64,000 bases of DNA, taken from Adineta vaga. Lineage: Eukaryota > Animalia > Rotifera. The stretch lies in contig CP075495.1 of assembly GCA_021613535.1 (NCBI GenBank), positions 558,001 to 622,000 on the forward strand, written 5' to 3'. The first letter of the stretch is position 1. Every line of letters begins with the position of its first letter. The notes below the pieces were generated by a model. It did not search any database. It saw nothing but the letters and a program-made list of their open reading frames with translations, and had not been told where the DNA came from. Made by a program: the position numbers and the translations under genes. Positions 1 to 12,735 of this stretch are shown in pieces.

Positions 1-2
1 CT

Positions 3-2433
3 ATTTATTCAACTAAAGATATTGGTCAACCATATTATTTAGCTGCAATTGATTTTAATAATGATAATTATATCGATATTGCTGCGACAATTTTGAGTTC
101 GAGTGAAGTTGCTATTTATTTCAATGATGGTCAGGGTAATTTTGAACTTGCAAGATTATATTCAACGAAATACGGTTCAAATCTCTATGCTCTGGCGATC
201 GCTGATCTTGATCATGATAATCAATTAGAAATTATTGCGACTTATTGGGGTACGGGTTATGTTGGAATATTAACTCAATATAATGCTGCAAAATTTACTA
301 ATCAATCAACATATTCAACAGGATCTGCTCCACGTCCATATTCATTAGCGATAGGTGATTTTAATCTTGATAATCAAACAGATGTTGTTATTGCTAAGTC
401 TGCAACTGATAATTTAAGTATTCGTTTTGGTTCAAATAATGATACATTTACAAATGAAATAATCTATGAAATAGGAAGTGATTCTTATCCACAATATGTG
501 ATTACAAATGATGTTAATAAAGATAATTATTTAGATCTTATTGTTGTTAATTCAAAAAGTAATACAATGAGTTTAATGTATGGATATGGAAATGGTTCAT
601 TTGCCAATCAACTAATTTATTCAACTGGAGATAATTCACATCCTTATTCAATTGTTATGAATGATGTAAATAATGATCAAAGAAATGATTTAATTATTGC
701 TAATGAAGGAAAAGATAATATTGGAATATTTCTTGGATTTGACTATACAACTTTTATGAATGTAAATACTTATTTGATTGAAAATCATACAACACCATAT
801 AGTGTTGTTGTTAATAATTTTAATAATGATAATGAACTTGATATTGCTGTTGTTTTTTATGATAGTTCGAATTTAGCGATTCTTCTTGGACAAGGTAATG
901 GAAGTTTTATTATTTCAATGTCCTATTCTATAGGAGATGATTTATTTATATCCATTTATGTTGGTTGCAAATGATTTAAACAACGATAAACAATTAGATC
1001 TTATTGTTGTTATCTATGGTCTAAGTAGTGTTGGCATTTTTCTTGGATTTGGCAATGGAACGTTTGCTCCTATAATAACATCTTCAACTGGAAAATATTC
1101 CGGTCCTAAATATGCTGCTATTGATGATGTTAACAGTGATAATGTATCAGATATTATCTCAGCAAATTATGGTGCTAATACAATAAGTATTCTGATCGGA
1201 TTAGGTAATGGAAGTTTTATTCTGATGGATACATATTCAACTGGAGATTTTTCTGGCATACAAGCAGTTGCTATCAATGATTTAAATAATGATGGGCATG
1301 CTGATATCGCCGTGATTAATTATCTTATTAGTAATATGATCATTTTTCTTGGTTATGGAAATGGAAGTTTTACAAAACAAGTGACCTATAATATTTGTTA
1401 TCAATGTTGGCCAATATGGATAACAATAAATGATTTTAATAAAGATAATAATCTTGATATTGCTGTAACCACATATAATAATGAATACATAGGTATTTTT
1501 CTTAGTTATGGCAATAGTAGTTTTGCTAACGCTGTTTATTATTCAACTGGTGATGGTTCGGGTCCAACATGTCATAGCGTTGGTGATTTTAATAATGATA
1601 ATATCTTAGATATTGCTGTCGCAAATACTGGCATTGATAATATAGTTATTTTATTTGGATTTGGCGATGGAACATTTCTATTAGGACGGGCTTATTCAAC
1701 TGGAAAAGGATCAATTCCACAAGCAGTTAGTCTTGGTGATTTTAATCATGACAAACAATTAGATATTGTTGTTGTTAATTCACAATCAAATGATATTCAA
1801 ATCTTTCTTGCTAATGGTCGTGAACCTTTTGCAGGCATAAAGAAATTCGATACTGGTGATGGATCAAAACCTCATTCAATTGCTGTGAATGACTTGAATC
1901 ATGATGAATGGATGGATATTGTTGTAATTAATTATGGAACTGATAATATTGGTATTTTACTTGGATCTGGTAATGGAAATTTTCATAACATGACAACATA
2001 TTCAACAGGAACCAATTCTGGATCATATTCTATTGCTATAGCTGGTTTTAATAAAGATAATCAATCTGATATTGTTGTTACAAATTCAGAAAGTAATACA
2101 ATTAGTATTTTTCTTGGTTTTGGAAATGGAACATTTGTTCTCACATCAATTTATTCAACTGGAGATCGTTCAAATCCATATACAATTGTTATCAATGATA
2201 TGGATAATGATCAACAATTTGATCTTATTATTACAAATGCTGGCACAAGTGATATTTTAATTCTATATGGATATGGAAATGGAACATTTGAAAATGAAAT
2301 ATCATATCCATTAGGATATCAATATCTTCCTTATTCAATTGTTGTTAATGATTTAAATAAAGATGGATGGATGGATATGATTGTTGTATGTTATCAAACA
2401 AATCATTTAGAAACATTAGTTAAAATGTGTTAA
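3..2433 (+). CDS. FG-GAP/VCBS-repeat beta-propeller protein, 5'-partial, with one frameshift at ~941-948
   Basis: Many DFNxDxxxDI(V/A)V...G.GNG.F repeats. The frame is open from position 3 (IYSTKDIGQPYYLAAIDFNND...). ORFs 93..974 and 937..2433 join if one copy of TTTA in TTTATTTA (941-948) is removed. Confidence 0.85.
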
Positions 2434-4185
2434 TCGTATTTTCAGAATAAATACTTTTTCAAAATTTTATCGCTAAAAAAAGGATAAAAGTTTGAGCGAA
2501 TTTCATCGAATTGATCTAAAAAAAGTTCATTTAAATAAGAATTGCCGTCATTATGTCCTATAGATTTTGAAAAGACGTTCTTCGCAGAGATCTTTCATCG
2601 AAGGTTATCCAAAAAGCGACAAAGGAAATTTGAGTACATATGAACACTGAGAAAAAAAATCAGAGATTCTTTGACCTGTCGCCATATAGAATTGATGATA
2701 AAGGAGCGAAGAATTTGCGAATAGTCAATCATTTTTAGAATCTGATTATCTCGACCGAAAAATATCTGGTCAGGCTAAAAATTAGGTTTTGTACTTAAAA
2801 TAGTATGTTCTAAAAGCTTAGATATGTCCCATACGAAACTGAAAACTTTATTGAGCAGCTCTCTATAGCGCTCGGTTGTATCTCTAGTGCAGTGGATCCT
2901 AATCGAGGACGTAAATATTTTGAGTGTGAGAATGAAATATCATTATCATTCTCACCGCACTCTCAATATATTTGACTAACGTCTTCGTAATACTATGAAA
3001 CAATATTTTCAATATATACATTTACAGTACCTCTTATTTATAAAGAATATAAATGTGGATTTATCATCGAAATGTGTACAATTATCAACAGGTATGTTAG
3101 CTTCCGATGTCAACGGAGATAAATAACGCATTCTTTTATAAAGATAATACACCATAGAACAAACCCAGAATATAACATACGAGAAGTATTTGAAATCTGG
3201 AATAGAGAAAGGAAAATCTTTAACTTAGACACGTTACGACTAGTGAAGGATTATGAATCGGAAAGGAACTCTGAAAAATCTCTGACTTTAAAAACAAAAC
3301 GTACTGGTAGGATTTGGAATCCGAACAGGAAATGCTAAAAAATTGAAAGATGTTGTGCTGACGTATATGAAATTCGGTTTGATTTAATAAAAATATAAAA
3401 GTGATGACGATGGTGCCTAGGAAAAAAAATTCCTATGTTATGTTTTGCAGTGGAAAAACAATAAAAATCTGAGTAGTAATATGATGTCCATTTTGTAAGT
3501 GACACATTTATGTAATTCTATTTAATGCGTTATATATTGAGAGAGATAACATCTTGAAATTTGAGTTAATGTGAATTATAGTATGGTGAATATGTGTATT
3601 CACATAACATGCTTTATTTTGTTTTTAAATACCAAGCATTTCTATGCATGATCCTGAAATCTGGATTTGCGTTAATATATGTTAATATATTGATAAATAT
3701 AATATAGATATATGATGAAGGTCGATTATGAAAACTGTTCGAGGTATGTTATTACTTTCTTATTGTTGCGACTAGAAATTGAACTTTCAAATGTTATAAC
3801 AAAGCATGATATAATTATGATCAATGAATTTATCAACTATTTTCTAGCTGTTTTTGTAGGTAGGTATGAACAAACTTTGAACGAAATGGTCTAACGCCAT
3901 AAACAACATATTATTGACAGTTTAAAAAAACTACAATTTATTAGAAAAATCTTATCGAAGTTCGACAGTATTTCTTTTCTTATATAAATATTTGAAAGTC
4001 TCCTATGTGCTTATGTTATATAGTTATGAAAATAAAATAGAAGAATCCTTCGTTAAAAGAAGCAAACGTATTTGATGTATTAGAAGTCACTTTGACATTT
4101 CAGATTCTTTTCAAAATTTTCAATTTAATTAAAGATAATATTAAATATAAATTTATTTTGTATAAAATCGATTGATTTCATATAG

Positions 4186-5797
4186 TTACAAATGTGTATT
4201 ACGTATGAATATTAAATTTCTTAATTTTATTCTAATAAAACGAAATTGATGTCGAATAAGTCGATATAACATTTCAGCAACTTCCATTAATGAAAGAAAA
4301 CTAATTCCAATCCAAAGACCTGTTTGACCACCAATATTTGATAAAACATCAACAGGACTTAATGATGCTTGTTGTGTATAACTCGTAACTTTAGTTGTTT
4401 CACAAACAATATCTAAACCAACATAATTTGTTTGAATATCACTTCTCCATGTTATTGACCAATTTAAAGGTAATGGAATTGATGATGATTCAACAAATGT
4501 TTTTATATCATCGATATCCCATTCCATTGGTGCGAGACTTGATGATATTTTCAATGGAAATTCAATATTAGAACAATCTAAACCACAATTTGAACCATAT
4601 TTCCCTGAAATATCTGATGAACTTTGAAATCGATTTGTTGCATTTACATAACAAGAATCCGATAAATTACAAAGTTGTGTATGAATAACAGTTGTACTTC
4701 CCAGAGGAAGAACATAACGAGCTGACCATTGAGATGGATCAACACAACCACATTGTCCATAAACGTAAGTTTGAACAGCTGCTGTAAAACATACGTCAAT
4801 TGTATAATCATATTTTGCACCAGAAAATTGATCATATAAAGCTTTCATTTCTGGAGTCACTGTATTGCTACATTTTGTATAAGGTGATGGTAAATATGTT
4901 GTTGTTGTTTTACTATAACCTAATTTATGTCGTCGTCCTGGTATTAATTGAATACCTTCATCCTCAATACTTGGTAATTTTCGATTATCATGAACCATTG
5001 ATACTATACTTACAGCTATTTATAGAAAAAAAAACTAAGATAAATAGAATAAATTAAAGAATATTCTTACCATTTGATAAATATGGAACATATTGATGAC
5101 TATGTATATAAAGATCTAATTGTAATAAACCACTCATACCATTATCATTATTATAATGTAATTGACCATTATTTATATTTGATGCATCAGCATTAAATGT
5201 ATAACATAAACCATAAATTTGAGATATAAATGATACAAAATCATTAGCTGAACAATTGATTCCATTATAAGTACATTTAATAAGCATTTCTTTCAATGGA
5301 TAATAATATTCAATTAAAGATTCATTATGATTTATAATATATCGAGCAAAATCAGAAATATATAATGATTGTTGTTTCGTAAATATATTTGTATTATTTG
5401 TATTTGTTAAATTAAGTGAATTTGTATAATTTAGAAATGGTTCAATTAATGTATCATAACGATATGGTGAATAATTACAAATAGTTACACCTGGAAATGT
5501 TTGTGGCCATTCATAAATAGAATCAATTGTTGTTTGAGTTGGATAACTATAATAAGCAAGTACTGCTGTTATTATAAAATATAACATTATGCCAGTAAAA
5601 GCAACAAATGAAATAAGCCAAAAAATACGATTAGGAATACTTTGACTTCGTGCAATACCAGGAATACCATGTGCTGATGTATTTAAACTAAATTCTTTAA
5701 TTATATCACGACGTTGACCTAATTTTGATCGAGATTCTAATGCATCAGCATTGATTGGAAATACTGTAGTAATATGTTGAATTGAATAATTTGTCAT
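4186..5797 (-). CDS. DEG/ENaC (amiloride-sensitive sodium channel family) subunit, 2 exons
   Basis: TSAHGIP pre-TM1 motif, FPGVTICN, GLCYTFN, Cys-rich domain, and SNIGGQTGLWIGIS TM2. A 55-nt GT-AG intron at 5070..5016 joins the two ORFs in frame. Confidence 0.93.
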
Positions 5798-6922
5798 TAT
5801 AATTTGAAAATTGAATCAATAGTTTAACTTAGATGGGTTATTTAATATAAGAAAAAAAAACACTTATGATGAATAATATTGTTTTTTAAACGAAATAATA
5901 CAATAAATATATGTGCAGGTTTCTGTATAAATATATATGCATTGGTACTTACAATTTATTTTTGTAGGAAATCAATTAGATTAAAAAGAAGTTTTGATTC
6001 GATTAAGCAATGGATGAAATGATTCGATGCTTAGAAAAGAAGGGTATGGGTGCGGCTGTAGAGGTACAGAGTTGGGTGGAGGTGAGAAAGAAGTGTGAAT
6101 CGTTTCCTCGTGTATAAATTTGCTAGTTGAATTCGTGTCACTATTGGCATACGCAGAAAATACCTGCCTTTTGACAGTCGAGGGCATAGTGAGTCGGCAC
6201 GACGAGTGTTACTTGTTCAATATCGTTTGATTAATGTGTATCAAATTATCCCTACCAATTTACTTCAATTTGATAAAATATGAGAAATTATTATATATTT
6301 ATCTTTTTCTTTTCTTGAATAATTCGTATCCTAAAATATATATCAATATTTTTGTCATTTTTTGTTACATACAATCTCTTAATATCCGTTCTTGTTGAAA
6401 AACCAGAAAATGATGTCAAATATCGACCAGAATATCTTCAAATTGAATACTGATGGAACTTAAATAAATCTCAATAAGGAAAAGTCATTCATTTTCATAG
6501 AAAATACAATTATCTGTTTACAAATAGTTAGTAATACTAAAATCATTTTTTTATCAAATGAATTATAATTTATTTAGTGATGAATTCAATATTTATATGG
6601 GAGTATAGCTATTGCTTTATCTTCTTACAATGTCTTTATTATATAAAAATTCAACTATATTCAATCATTTGAAAACGATTTAATTAAGAAAATTTTGAAA
6701 TTACATCTCTGATAATTCTTGAAAAAGAACTATGTCATTAAAAAATACACTGATTTGTGTAAGAATTCTTATTCATGGAAGATTTATCTATATTAGTACA
6801 TATCATATGCCTTGTCTTTTTAAAATACCAAATAGATGGTGGAATGCCGTAAAAATCATCCACACCCGCTCACATTCACTCACCCTTCGCCCATGCCCAC
6901 AGCGCTCAACTACACTCACCGT

Positions 6923-7018
6923 CAAAGGGGAAAAAGCACGATTTAAATCACTTTTGAGTCAAATAAATCAGCTAAACTCATTTTAAATCAATAAATCATA
7001 AATCGCTTTTCCCCTTTG
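6923..7018. mobile_element. 96-bp miniature inverted-repeat element (hAT-like MITE)
   Basis: Ends CAAAGGGGAAAAAGC ... GCTTTTCCCCTTTG, with internal TAAATCA repeats. No clear target-site duplication. Confidence 0.55.
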
Positions 7019-8508
7019 TCGTGGTCCTTATCAGGAACACCAGAAAAACTGAGTTTTGAAATTTCACTAGAAATGTTGCATAGAAATAGGCTTCTATGGG
7101 AGTAGTTTATTATGAAAGCTTCAGGTTCTAATGTTCTTATTTCAAAACAGCAACAACTAAAAGATCTGAAACATTCACAATAAAGTACTCTGACTGATGC
7201 CTATGCTTCTATGTCAAGTTTCAAATCAAATGTCATTCGATTTGGATAATATTGAAAATTACGAGAAACGAATTCAGATGAACTAATTTTCTCGAGTTGG
7301 TTTTAAAACAAAAGAACACCAATGAGAAGGTTTGAAATCAATTTTATTGACAAATCTCATTGGTATTATTAGAATATGATACGATTGATATATGTTTATT
7401 AAAAAATCAGATAATGTCAATTGCATCAACTCAATTGAGAGAATTTTGTTAAATTTCACCTGAGTTAAATCGAATTTTAAAATTTATTTATACAAAAATA
7501 AGCAACAGACTTTAAATAAATCATCCAATGGTGATCAAAAAATCATCTTCACCATTGAAATTGGTAGATAATAACTGATAAAAGAATACTTCTACGACGA
7601 TCTGATTCATCTTAAATACGTTTTCAGAAAAAGAGAAAGATCAATTCAAAACAGAAATATAACCACAAGTTGATGCATCATTTCTTTTTGTATCGTTATC
7701 TATTATAACAAAACCATGTATCAGTTTGTTACCTTTAATCGACTGATTTAATGGTTTTTTTGTAAAGTTTTGTTCGGTTGTTGATAAAAGAACAAGAAAA
7801 ATGAATCTTTTTTGGATTAAATTCAATAATAGACTTCAAATTCTCAATCGATTCTGTATATGTTTTCATCATCTTTAGTTTAAAATAATCATTAATGTAT
7901 TACTTAGAACATTTATTATGGTTTACAGTATATCTTTGGAGACCCATCGATCAGAAGTCATGAATATATATTAGTGCAATATTATTCTCAATCCTATGTA
8001 AGGATGAGTTGAAAACATGGAAATTCGTCTCTTTGAAAGTGTGTGTGTATCTGAAGTGTTTATGTCATTTATTGCTAATGTTAGACTTTTGCGATTATGT
8101 CATCCATGAACTTCACTTTAGTATAAAGTATCATTATCCATTTCATGAATGAGTCCAATGAGGTCCAAGAGACTGACGCGTTACTTGTTTTAATAAAACT
8201 CCTTTTATAAAGAAATACTGTTTTCAACAATAACTTTACAAATTTCGTCCGAAAGATTAGAATTTGTTACGAGTGTATACATCTACGCTTTCTCTATCAA
8301 ATAATCTCTAACAAAACTGTCATAAAACAAATATTTACATACTCTTCTGGCAAGAAAAAAAAGCTTCTGCGATCGATAACATTTTTTTTTATTTTTTATA
8401 ATACGAGTAAAGCACGTAAAAAGGTATTTCTTTTTTTTCTGTCTCAATTCTCTATTTCAATAGGAATAAAGCACGGTAGATTTTCATGGTATACACCAAC
8501 ATACAAAA

Positions 8509-10818
8509 ATGGCACATTACGTAAAACAAGCTCAATCGAGCTCAGTTTCTTCACCAGAGAAAAACATTCATCCATTCAAAACTTTTCAATTAGTATGGCT
8601 CGATTCTAATTTTAAATCATATGATGAAAATCAATCAACTTATGATGCATTACAAACAATTTTTACGCATAGCTTGACATTCAATGATTGCAATCAATGT
8701 GAACATTGGCTTAAAAGTTATAAAGGCAATGAAATGATTATCCTAATCATATCTGGTAAATTGTCAAGAGTAATTGTACCACGTATTCATCATTTGGACG
8801 CTATCATTGGTATTTGTATCAATTGTTTGAATCGTACTCGTTATGAAGTATGGGCGAAAAACTATGGTAAAATACTTGGTATTGCTACTGATTCAAATGA
8901 TCTTATAAAAACAATTTCTAATTATCAGACAATTTTTCAAAGTATTGAAGATTCCAAATCAATTCAAATTATTCGGAAACATTTTCTTAATTTCACTTTC
9001 GATTCAAAGCATGCATCTTTCATCTGGTATCAACTTTTACTTGAAATTTTGGTTTCATCTTCCTATCTACCACCACAGAATACATTATCTCAATTAAGTC
9101 AAATTCTTCGTCAGCACTGTGCAAATAATCCTTCTCATCTGGCTACAATCGAAACATTTGAAGAAAAATATCACTCAGAAAAAGTCATATATTGGCTTTT
9201 ATGCGATACATTTATCGGACATTTTGTGGGAAAAGCATTGCGCGATCAGAATATTCACATACTTTTTCTTTGTCGTTTTCTTCTTCAAGATGCTTATTTA
9301 AAAATAAGTTCATATTCAGTTCGAATATTCTTTAACTGCATATCGATTACGCCGATGTTACATAAAGAAATTGATTTCTTCAAAGCAAATCAAGGTGAAT
9401 ATTTAAGTTTTAACGATTTTTTATGTGCTTCAACAACTCGACCTAATATCGAATCGTTCGAAAATAATAATTATTCATTTCAAATGATTTTATTAGAAAT
9501 TCATGCATATATTCCTCATGGTGAAAAATCATCGTTCCTATACATAGATCAAAATCTTACATCTGGTAAAAATCAAACAATTAATAACATTATATTTATG
9601 TGTGGTTCAATATTTCAAATTGATTCTCTAACTGAAACATGCAATTCTATTTGCATTTTACGATTAAAATTAGTTACTGAGAGAAATCTAGGCATATTGA
9701 CAGAAATGAAACGACAACTTCGGAAAAATTCCGATTTATGTCTCATCGGTGATTTGTTAGAAAGATGTGATCAACATGAGAATGCTATCGTTTACTTCAA
9801 ATCTCTTCTTCAAAATTTACCCGCACAACATATTCAGTTAGTGAAAATACAAGATCGATTGAATAAACTTTCAGAAATCAAATATAATGATCATGTGTTC
9901 GATCTAGAATCTGTTAGTGATGTTCAATTTATTGTTGTAGGTTTGAAACCTCATTTGAACACATTGGCTTTAGCGATGTTCGACGCACTTTATCAGTTAA
10001 TGGATGGTTCAATACAAGTTTTTGAGAATGAGAGTGATGTTGATTTACGACAATTTGATGATAAGACTGTTTTTCTCTTTACAAGTGATCAGTTCATTGC
10101 CAGGATGACGGAAGAATTCGGAGAAAATGTTCTACTCTTCATTTTGGAAAGTGATCCGACTAAGGTGGACAATCAACGACGATTTCGTACAGGTGAAGAT
10201 CTCATTTGTCAATTAGCCGATGAATTGTATCGTTGTTATAATCAGGAAACATCGAAATATATTCCAATTGGTGATATAAAAACAACTGAAAATAAGAAAA
10301 ATGTAGCAGATCGCATTCACAGTACATTACGAAAAGTCCATGAAACAATCACGAAAGAAAACAATGATAATTCATTAGAAATCTGTATAGAAACAATCAT
10401 TGTTTGGCTTAGATTATATACACAATCTAATGAAACAGCAGATCAAATACAGAGTGATCTATGTGAGATCGTTTCATCTTATTTAATTTTTAATGATCTT
10501 GACATATGTCGACAATATCTATCTGATAAAACGACGAGTGCTATATTTTTAATTATGGATGGAATATACGACGAATCGATTATAACTAATTTCAAGAGTT
10601 TGAATAATGTCAAACGTTTATATCATTATCAACCATTAACATCAGCGAGTAAACCGATTCTTACTAACTTCGACGATCTTCGCTATCAAATAGCATATGA
10701 TCTTATCGCTCATTATACAGATTTAGGTACGAAATATCGTGCAAACAATGCAACAGAACAATCGCGTAACATGTTTTCAAAAGCAAAGACTCTATGTGAT
10801 TTTATTGCTGATCTTTAA
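8509..10818 (+). CDS. ADP-ribosyltransferase-like multidomain protein (VWLD receiver-like domain, degenerate ART, TPR-like helices, C-terminal receiver-like domains)
   Basis: LVWLD...F.D...C N-terminal domain, FIWYQLLLEIL, IYWL..DTF...VGKALR, and FNDFLCAST. The YRG and ExE catalytic motifs are not recognisable. The C-terminal part has a second IVWL...IFND...C module. Confidence 0.7.
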   Translation: MAHYVKQAQSSSVSSPEKNIHPFKTFQLVWLDSNFKSYDENQSTYDALQTIFTHSLTFNDCNQCEHWLKSYKGNEMIILIISGKLSRVIVPRIHHLDAIIGICINCLNRTRYEVWAKNYGKILGIATDSNDLIKTISNYQTIFQSIEDSKSIQIIRKHFLNFTFDSKHASFIWYQLLLEILVSSSYLPPQNTLSQLSQILRQHCANNPSHLATIETFEEKYHSEKVIYWLLCDTFIGHFVGKALRDQNIHILFLCRFLLQDAYLKISSYSVRIFFNCISITPMLHKEIDFFKANQGEYLSFNDFLCASTTRPNIESFENNNYSFQMILLEIHAYIPHGEKSSFLYIDQNLTSGKNQTINNIIFMCGSIFQIDSLTETCNSICILRLKLVTERNLGILTEMKRQLRKNSDLCLIGDLLERCDQHENAIVYFKSLLQNLPAQHIQLVKIQDRLNKLSEIKYNDHVFDLESVSDVQFIVVGLKPHLNTLALAMFDALYQLMDGSIQVFENESDVDLRQFDDKTVFLFTSDQFIARMTEEFGENVLLFILESDPTKVDNQRRFRTGEDLICQLADELYRCYNQETSKYIPIGDIKTTENKKNVADRIHSTLRKVHETITKENNDNSLEICIETIIVWLRLYTQSNETADQIQSDLCEIVSSYLIFNDLDICRQYLSDKTTSAIFLIMDGIYDESIITNFKSLNNVKRLYHYQPLTSASKPILTNFDDLRYQIAYDLIAHYTDLGTKYRANNATEQSRNMFSKAKTLCDFIADL

Positions 10819-10895
10819 ATACAAAAACTCTTTTCTTTCAATGTGTTTTGTGTTATAATCATAATAATTTTCTTTCTTTCTTTCGTTCTTTTCAG

Positions 10896-11408
10896 ATGCC
10901 ATCAATCAGGGATATTCAATTTGATTCATCGTATCAGGAAGCTACTTTCTGGATGTTTTTAGTTTATCAATTAGATGGAATTGGTTTAGAAGTTCCATTA
11001 CGTAATGCACAATTGATGTCCTTTGTTCAACCATTCCATAATAGACAGATTTGTCGGAATTATATGTTAGATCATAATCAAAAACTCGTAACATTATTTG
11101 CGTATAGTGAAGATATAGAAAAATGGTGGAATGATCATAGAGATGATATACCATTCAACGTTCAAGAAATTTATATCTTTTGTGATACATCGAAAGATGT
11201 GGCATGGATAAAGACTTATACAGGACGTTTTAGTTCTAAAGTAAAAGACACTTTTATTTATGATCGACTTGATGAGAAAATCTTATATTATGCAATTGGA
11301 TTTATCGGTAAATTAATAGAAGAAGCTCAAAATGATACATACGATCGATTAAAAGTTGTTCGTAAAAATTTATGCAAAGCTTTATCCAAATTATTAGATG
11401 AACAATAG
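10896..11408 (+). CDS. Small (~170 aa) receiver-like-domain partner protein, MPSIRDI...
   Basis: ATG at 10896 directly follows TTCTTTTCAG. The protein is similar to the 32153-32710 product (IRDI..DS, F.....C..Y..., TLF...I..W, W...YT...). AATAAA follows at ~11435. Confidence 0.7.
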   Translation: MPSIRDIQFDSSYQEATFWMFLVYQLDGIGLEVPLRNAQLMSFVQPFHNRQICRNYMLDHNQKLVTLFAYSEDIEKWWNDHRDDIPFNVQEIYIFCDTSKDVAWIKTYTGRFSSKVKDTFIYDRLDEKILYYAIGFIGKLIEEAQNDTYDRLKVVRKNLCKALSKLLDEQ

Positions 11409-11725
11409 AATCTAAGTGATTTTACATTTATACCAATAAAGTTCTTTCGAAGAATAAATTTTTTATTCTTTAAACATCAATTTGAAAATTTCGATTCAAT
11501 CAAAACGAACTTATGCGAAAGGGTTTTTTTCCATATTATTCATCATAGATAAATATGTTCTTTTTTGGTTCATAAAATGAACCGCGTGATACTAAACTCA
11601 ATTCAAAGAACAAAAATGACAGAAGAGAATTATTTCCTGTGTTGTCATTTTTTTATTTCCTTTGAAGAAAGTTTGTTTGAAAACGTTTTTCTTCAACGTT
11701 ATTATTCATAAATTATTGAAAGAAT

Positions 11726-12586
11726 ATGAGTTTATCATGGCTAAATATTCTTACTTGTCTTTTTGGTTCAATCACAATACTTCTCACCATTGTTATTATC
11801 TTAATTCTATTCAAATCATTGAAACGAACACAAAATATTTCATTATTGTTAGTGATGAATACTTCTATCACATTAACAATTCATTCTCTTGTGTTTCTTG
11901 AAACTCTTCTCATTCCGTCTTCAAATTTAACATTTTTCTGTAAAATACGCAGTGGTTATCTCATTTCTATATGTTCATTATCTGTTGCTTTATCCTATGT
12001 TTTACAAGCGATCTATCGATTATATCGAATTGTTTTTCCAACTTCTCTTATTCATTGTCGTCATTATTATTTTTGGTTTCTTCTCATTCTTCTTCAATGG
12101 TTATTCACATTGATCATCTGTTTACCATTTCTATTTATCAAAGGATTTATTGCTTATATTCCATTTGAAGAATCCTATTGTGTGACAACTTATCGTAGTC
12201 TAACTGCTTCAATTTATGGTTCAATTGTAATCTATATTATTCCACTTTCAATTCTTATAACAATCTATGTATATGTTGTTTTATTTATCAAACGTTTACA
12301 ACATGGAACAACTATTCATCGACAACGACAAAATCAACGTGATTTAACTGTTATCAAACGAATTATTCTAACAGTGAATGGACTTGTCTTTGCTGGTTTA
12401 CCTTCAATGATATTATGGATGATCTATTTAATCAATGGAAATCTTATCGAACCATTAATCTATCAAATAACATGGCTAAGTATTCAATTGAGTATTGTCA
12501 TTGAAAATCTATTATTGATTTATTTTACAAAAGAAATTCGTGATTTTATTCGACCAATACGTATTGTTCATCCAACAATTAATTAA
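11726..12586 (+). CDS. Divergent class A (rhodopsin-like) 7TM GPCR
   Basis: Seven hydrophobic segments, FCKIRSGY, LQAIYRL (DRY-equivalent), YIIPL, and NQRDLTVIKRI. Confidence 0.85.
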   Translation: MSLSWLNILTCLFGSITILLTIVIILILFKSLKRTQNISLLLVMNTSITLTIHSLVFLETLLIPSSNLTFFCKIRSGYLISICSLSVALSYVLQAIYRLYRIVFPTSLIHCRHYYFWFLLILLQWLFTLIICLPFLFIKGFIAYIPFEESYCVTTYRSLTASIYGSIVIYIIPLSILITIYVYVVLFIKRLQHGTTIHRQRQNQRDLTVIKRIILTVNGLVFAGLPSMILWMIYLINGNLIEPLIYQITWLSIQLSIVIENLLLIYFTKEIRDFIRPIRIVHPTIN

Positions 12587-12735
12587 TCGCAACAACATTG
12601 AAAATTCGTTTTACTTTTATTCGAAAATCTTTCTTGATTATTATTAGTTAATTTTAAGAAAAAGACGAATCATTATCTCATTAGTTAGGACACAATAATA
12701 ACTATGACATCGTATGAAAAGATAATGTGTTCTCA

